Virus record (IMG/VR): IMGVR_UViG_3300048623_000040
Span: 1-57,452 of that record
Reading direction: 5' to 3' (one strand)
DNA from: a virus
Lineage: Duplodnaviria; Caudoviricetes
Length of the DNA: 57,452 bases
The notes beneath the pieces are model-generated. The model had not been told where the DNA came from, did no database searches, and saw only the letters and a list, made by a program, of their open reading frames with translations. The position numbers and the translations under genes are program-made. Each line of letters opens with the position of its first letter. The first letter of the stretch is position 1. This document shows positions 55,962-57,452 of this stretch, piece by piece.

Positions 55962-56270
55962 ATGGCCCGCACCCGCACCCTCCAGCTCCGCGTCTCCCTG
56001 CCGCAGGGCGACCCCGACATCGGGGCCGAGATCGACTGCGTCATGGACGTGCTCTACACGCCCGAGACGCCGAGTCGTCACTGGGACATCGAGCCCGGCC
56101 AGCCGGCCGACCTTCAGCTCGTCAAGGTCCGCCCGGTCCACGCCTTCGACTACTTCGTCGAGCTGCAGCAGGATTCGCTGGATTCGCTGGCCGAGTTCTG
56201 GCTCGAAACCGACGAGGCCTATGACATGGCGCGCGCCGAGTCGTTCATCGACCGGAGGACCGACCGATGA
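55962..56270 (+). CDS. Early acidic hypothetical protein
   Basis: ATG at 55962 after GGGAG. Confidence 0.65.
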   Translation: MARTRTLQLRVSLPQGDPDIGAEIDCVMDVLYTPETPSRHWDIEPGQPADLQLVKVRPVHAFDYFVELQQDSLDSLAEFWLETDEAYDMARAESFIDRRTDR

Positions 56271-56488
56271 GCGTCTTCACCGTCCGCAAGACCGGGCTGA
56301 CCGACCGGCTCAACTTCAGCCCGACCGACCGCCAGCGCCGCCTGCTGGCCCGCTACCTGCAGAGCGCCCAGCTCAACGCGATCTACGACGAGCCGCCGGG
56401 CGACCTCAGCAAGGGTGAATGGAAGAAGGTCCTCGACCTGCTGGAGCGTCTGGAACGCGCCTGCTTGGCGGAATTGCCGCCCGAATAA
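56267..56488 (+). CDS. Early hypothetical protein
   Basis: GGAGG SD, ATGA overlap. Confidence 0.65.
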   Translation: MSVFTVRKTGLTDRLNFSPTDRQRRLLARYLQSAQLNAIYDEPPGDLSKGEWKKVLDLLERLERACLAELPPE

Positions 56489-56490
56489 AA

Positions 56491-56583
56491 ATCGACAGGA
56501 CGGTAAACAATCCTGTTGACCGCCCCCGTCGATTCGTGCGATAAGATGACCACCGGGCGAACAGCGCCCCCTAACAAAAGGAA
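56491..56583 (+). promoter_or_regulatory. Early promoter/leader repeat, copy 5
   Basis: ATCGACAGGA..TCCTG-TTGACC-N18(CGATTCG)-GATAAG..GGGCGAACAGCGCCC-CCTAAC-AAAAGGA. Confidence 0.8.
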
Positions 56584-56588
56584 CCAGA

Positions 56589-56825
56589 ATGACCAAGCTC
56601 AGCCGCTACTGCCTCCTCAAGCCCCTCCGCGATCCGTCGTGGGACGCCATCAAGGCGCGCGTCTACTACCGTGGCAGCAAGCCCGCCCGCCTCGCCACCT
56701 ACGCTCTCGACAAGCAGGGCATCGAGTGGGAATGGGTCGACGCCGCGCAGGAGATGCGCCGCCGCGAGGTCAACCTGATCGCCTTTCTCGCCCGCAACCC
56801 GGCCCCCAAGATCGGGGGCCGCTAA
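56589..56825 (+). CDS. Early hypothetical protein
   Basis: Follows the SD of repeat copy 5. Confidence 0.7.
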   Translation: MTKLSRYCLLKPLRDPSWDAIKARVYYRGSKPARLATYALDKQGIEWEWVDAAQEMRRREVNLIAFLARNPAPKIGGR

Positions 56826-57022
56826 TGGCCTCCCACAACCTCTCCTACGACATCCGCTTCAACGGCACCCACTACGAGGTCGTCCGCACCCGGACCTACT
56901 TCACGCTCGCCCCCAAGGTCGAGGTCGTCGCCGACGCGACGACTCGTGAGCAGGCCGAGGAGCAGGTGGCGTTCCATCAGTCCCTCGACGACGACGCGGC
57001 CCGCGACCGGGCCGGACGCTAA
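56825..57022 (+). CDS. Early hypothetical protein
   Basis: TAATG overlap; MASHNLSYDIRF... Confidence 0.6.
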   Translation: MASHNLSYDIRFNGTHYEVVRTRTYFTLAPKVEVVADATTREQAEEQVAFHQSLDDDAARDRAGR

Positions 57023-57055
57023 TTCAAACCACCAACCCCAGAAAGGAACTGTGCC

Positions 57056-57385
57056 ATGACAAATCTCAATCTCTCCGACGACTCGCAGCTCGACACCAGC
57101 CACCCGGCCAACGACTCGTCGGCCCGGCTGGTCGACGAGATCGGCACCATGAAGGCCCGCCTCGCGCCGCTGCTCGCCCAGCTCAAGATGCTGGAGGGCG
57201 CGCTCAAGGAGTACGGCCCCGGCCGCTACGAGGGCGCAGCCTACGAGGCGACGGTCAGCACCCACGAGCGCGACACGCTCGACATGAAGGCGGTGCGGGC
57301 CAAGCTCTCGCGCCAGTTCATCGCCGCCAACACCTCGACCGCCGAGGTCACGGTGCTCAAGGTCACGGCGCGGGTGCTGGCGTGA
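57056..57385 (+). CDS. Early hypothetical protein (LVDEIG.MKA...YEG..YEATVS...TLD)
   Basis: AAAGGA SD; resembles small conserved phage coiled-coil/beta proteins. Confidence 0.7.
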   Translation: MTNLNLSDDSQLDTSHPANDSSARLVDEIGTMKARLAPLLAQLKMLEGALKEYGPGRYEGAAYEATVSTHERDTLDMKAVRAKLSRQFIAANTSTAEVTVLKVTARVLA

Positions 57386-57452
57386 GCGACACCGGCCCGT
57401 GGCACATCTGGCTGAACAAGGTGCAAGGCCCCCGCGCACGCGGCGAGCGGTC

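Larger units (their letters stand above)
1..57452. mobile_element. Tailed dsDNA bacteriophage genome segment (podovirus-like gene order), probable alphaproteobacterial host
   Basis: Terminase, portal, capsid, nozzle/adaptor, ejection proteins, tail fibres, primase/helicase and early genes fill the whole window. No tape-measure, sheath or host housekeeping genes seen. Confidence 0.95.

Noticed and set aside
52813-56583. Early-region repeats as a CRISPR array or att sites
   Set aside because: Spaced hundreds to thousands of bp apart with genes between them, and they contain -35/-10/SD elements; no cas or integrase gene

Overview
The window is most of the genome of a tailed, podovirus-like dsDNA phage (roughly 63-65% GC, estimated by eye), probably infecting an Alphaproteobacterium. 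No host flanks, integrase, DNA polymerase, tRNA or CRISPR array are visible, so the genome is probably incomplete. A long minus-strand late operon runs from terS (~48.6 kb) through terL, a 1975-aa multi-module protein, portal, a GroES-like chaperonin, scaffold, major capsid protein, adaptor/nozzle genes, internal (ejection) proteins and several tail fibres (to ~3.1 kb). Separate primase and SF3-helicase genes and a palindromic iteron region lie at 48.8-52.6 kb. A plus-strand cluster of small early genes at 52.9-57.4 kb is driven by five copies of a promoter-plus-leader-hairpin element. Four observations stand out. (1) The heptamer GAGTCGT/ACGACTC, which contains the CcrM site GANTC and often matches the GcrA-preferred YGAKTCG, occurs about 95 times against about 7 expected, and GANTC sits inside the phage promoters. 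(2) The terL Walker A motif is interrupted by an in-frame 6-nt insert, TTATGA (Leu-stop). (3) The 1975-aa protein is a chain of cassettes (two ParB-like paralogues, a JAB/MPN metalloprotease, a helical nucleic-acid enzyme-like domain) separated by a [FYML]-[AKS]-x-G-G motif that also recurs in at least six other late proteins, suggesting a di-glycine packaging/processing system. (4) An operator-like motif, ATCGACAGGA, links the early promoters to a ParB-fold gene in the late region. All functional calls come from motif recognition by eye, not database searches.
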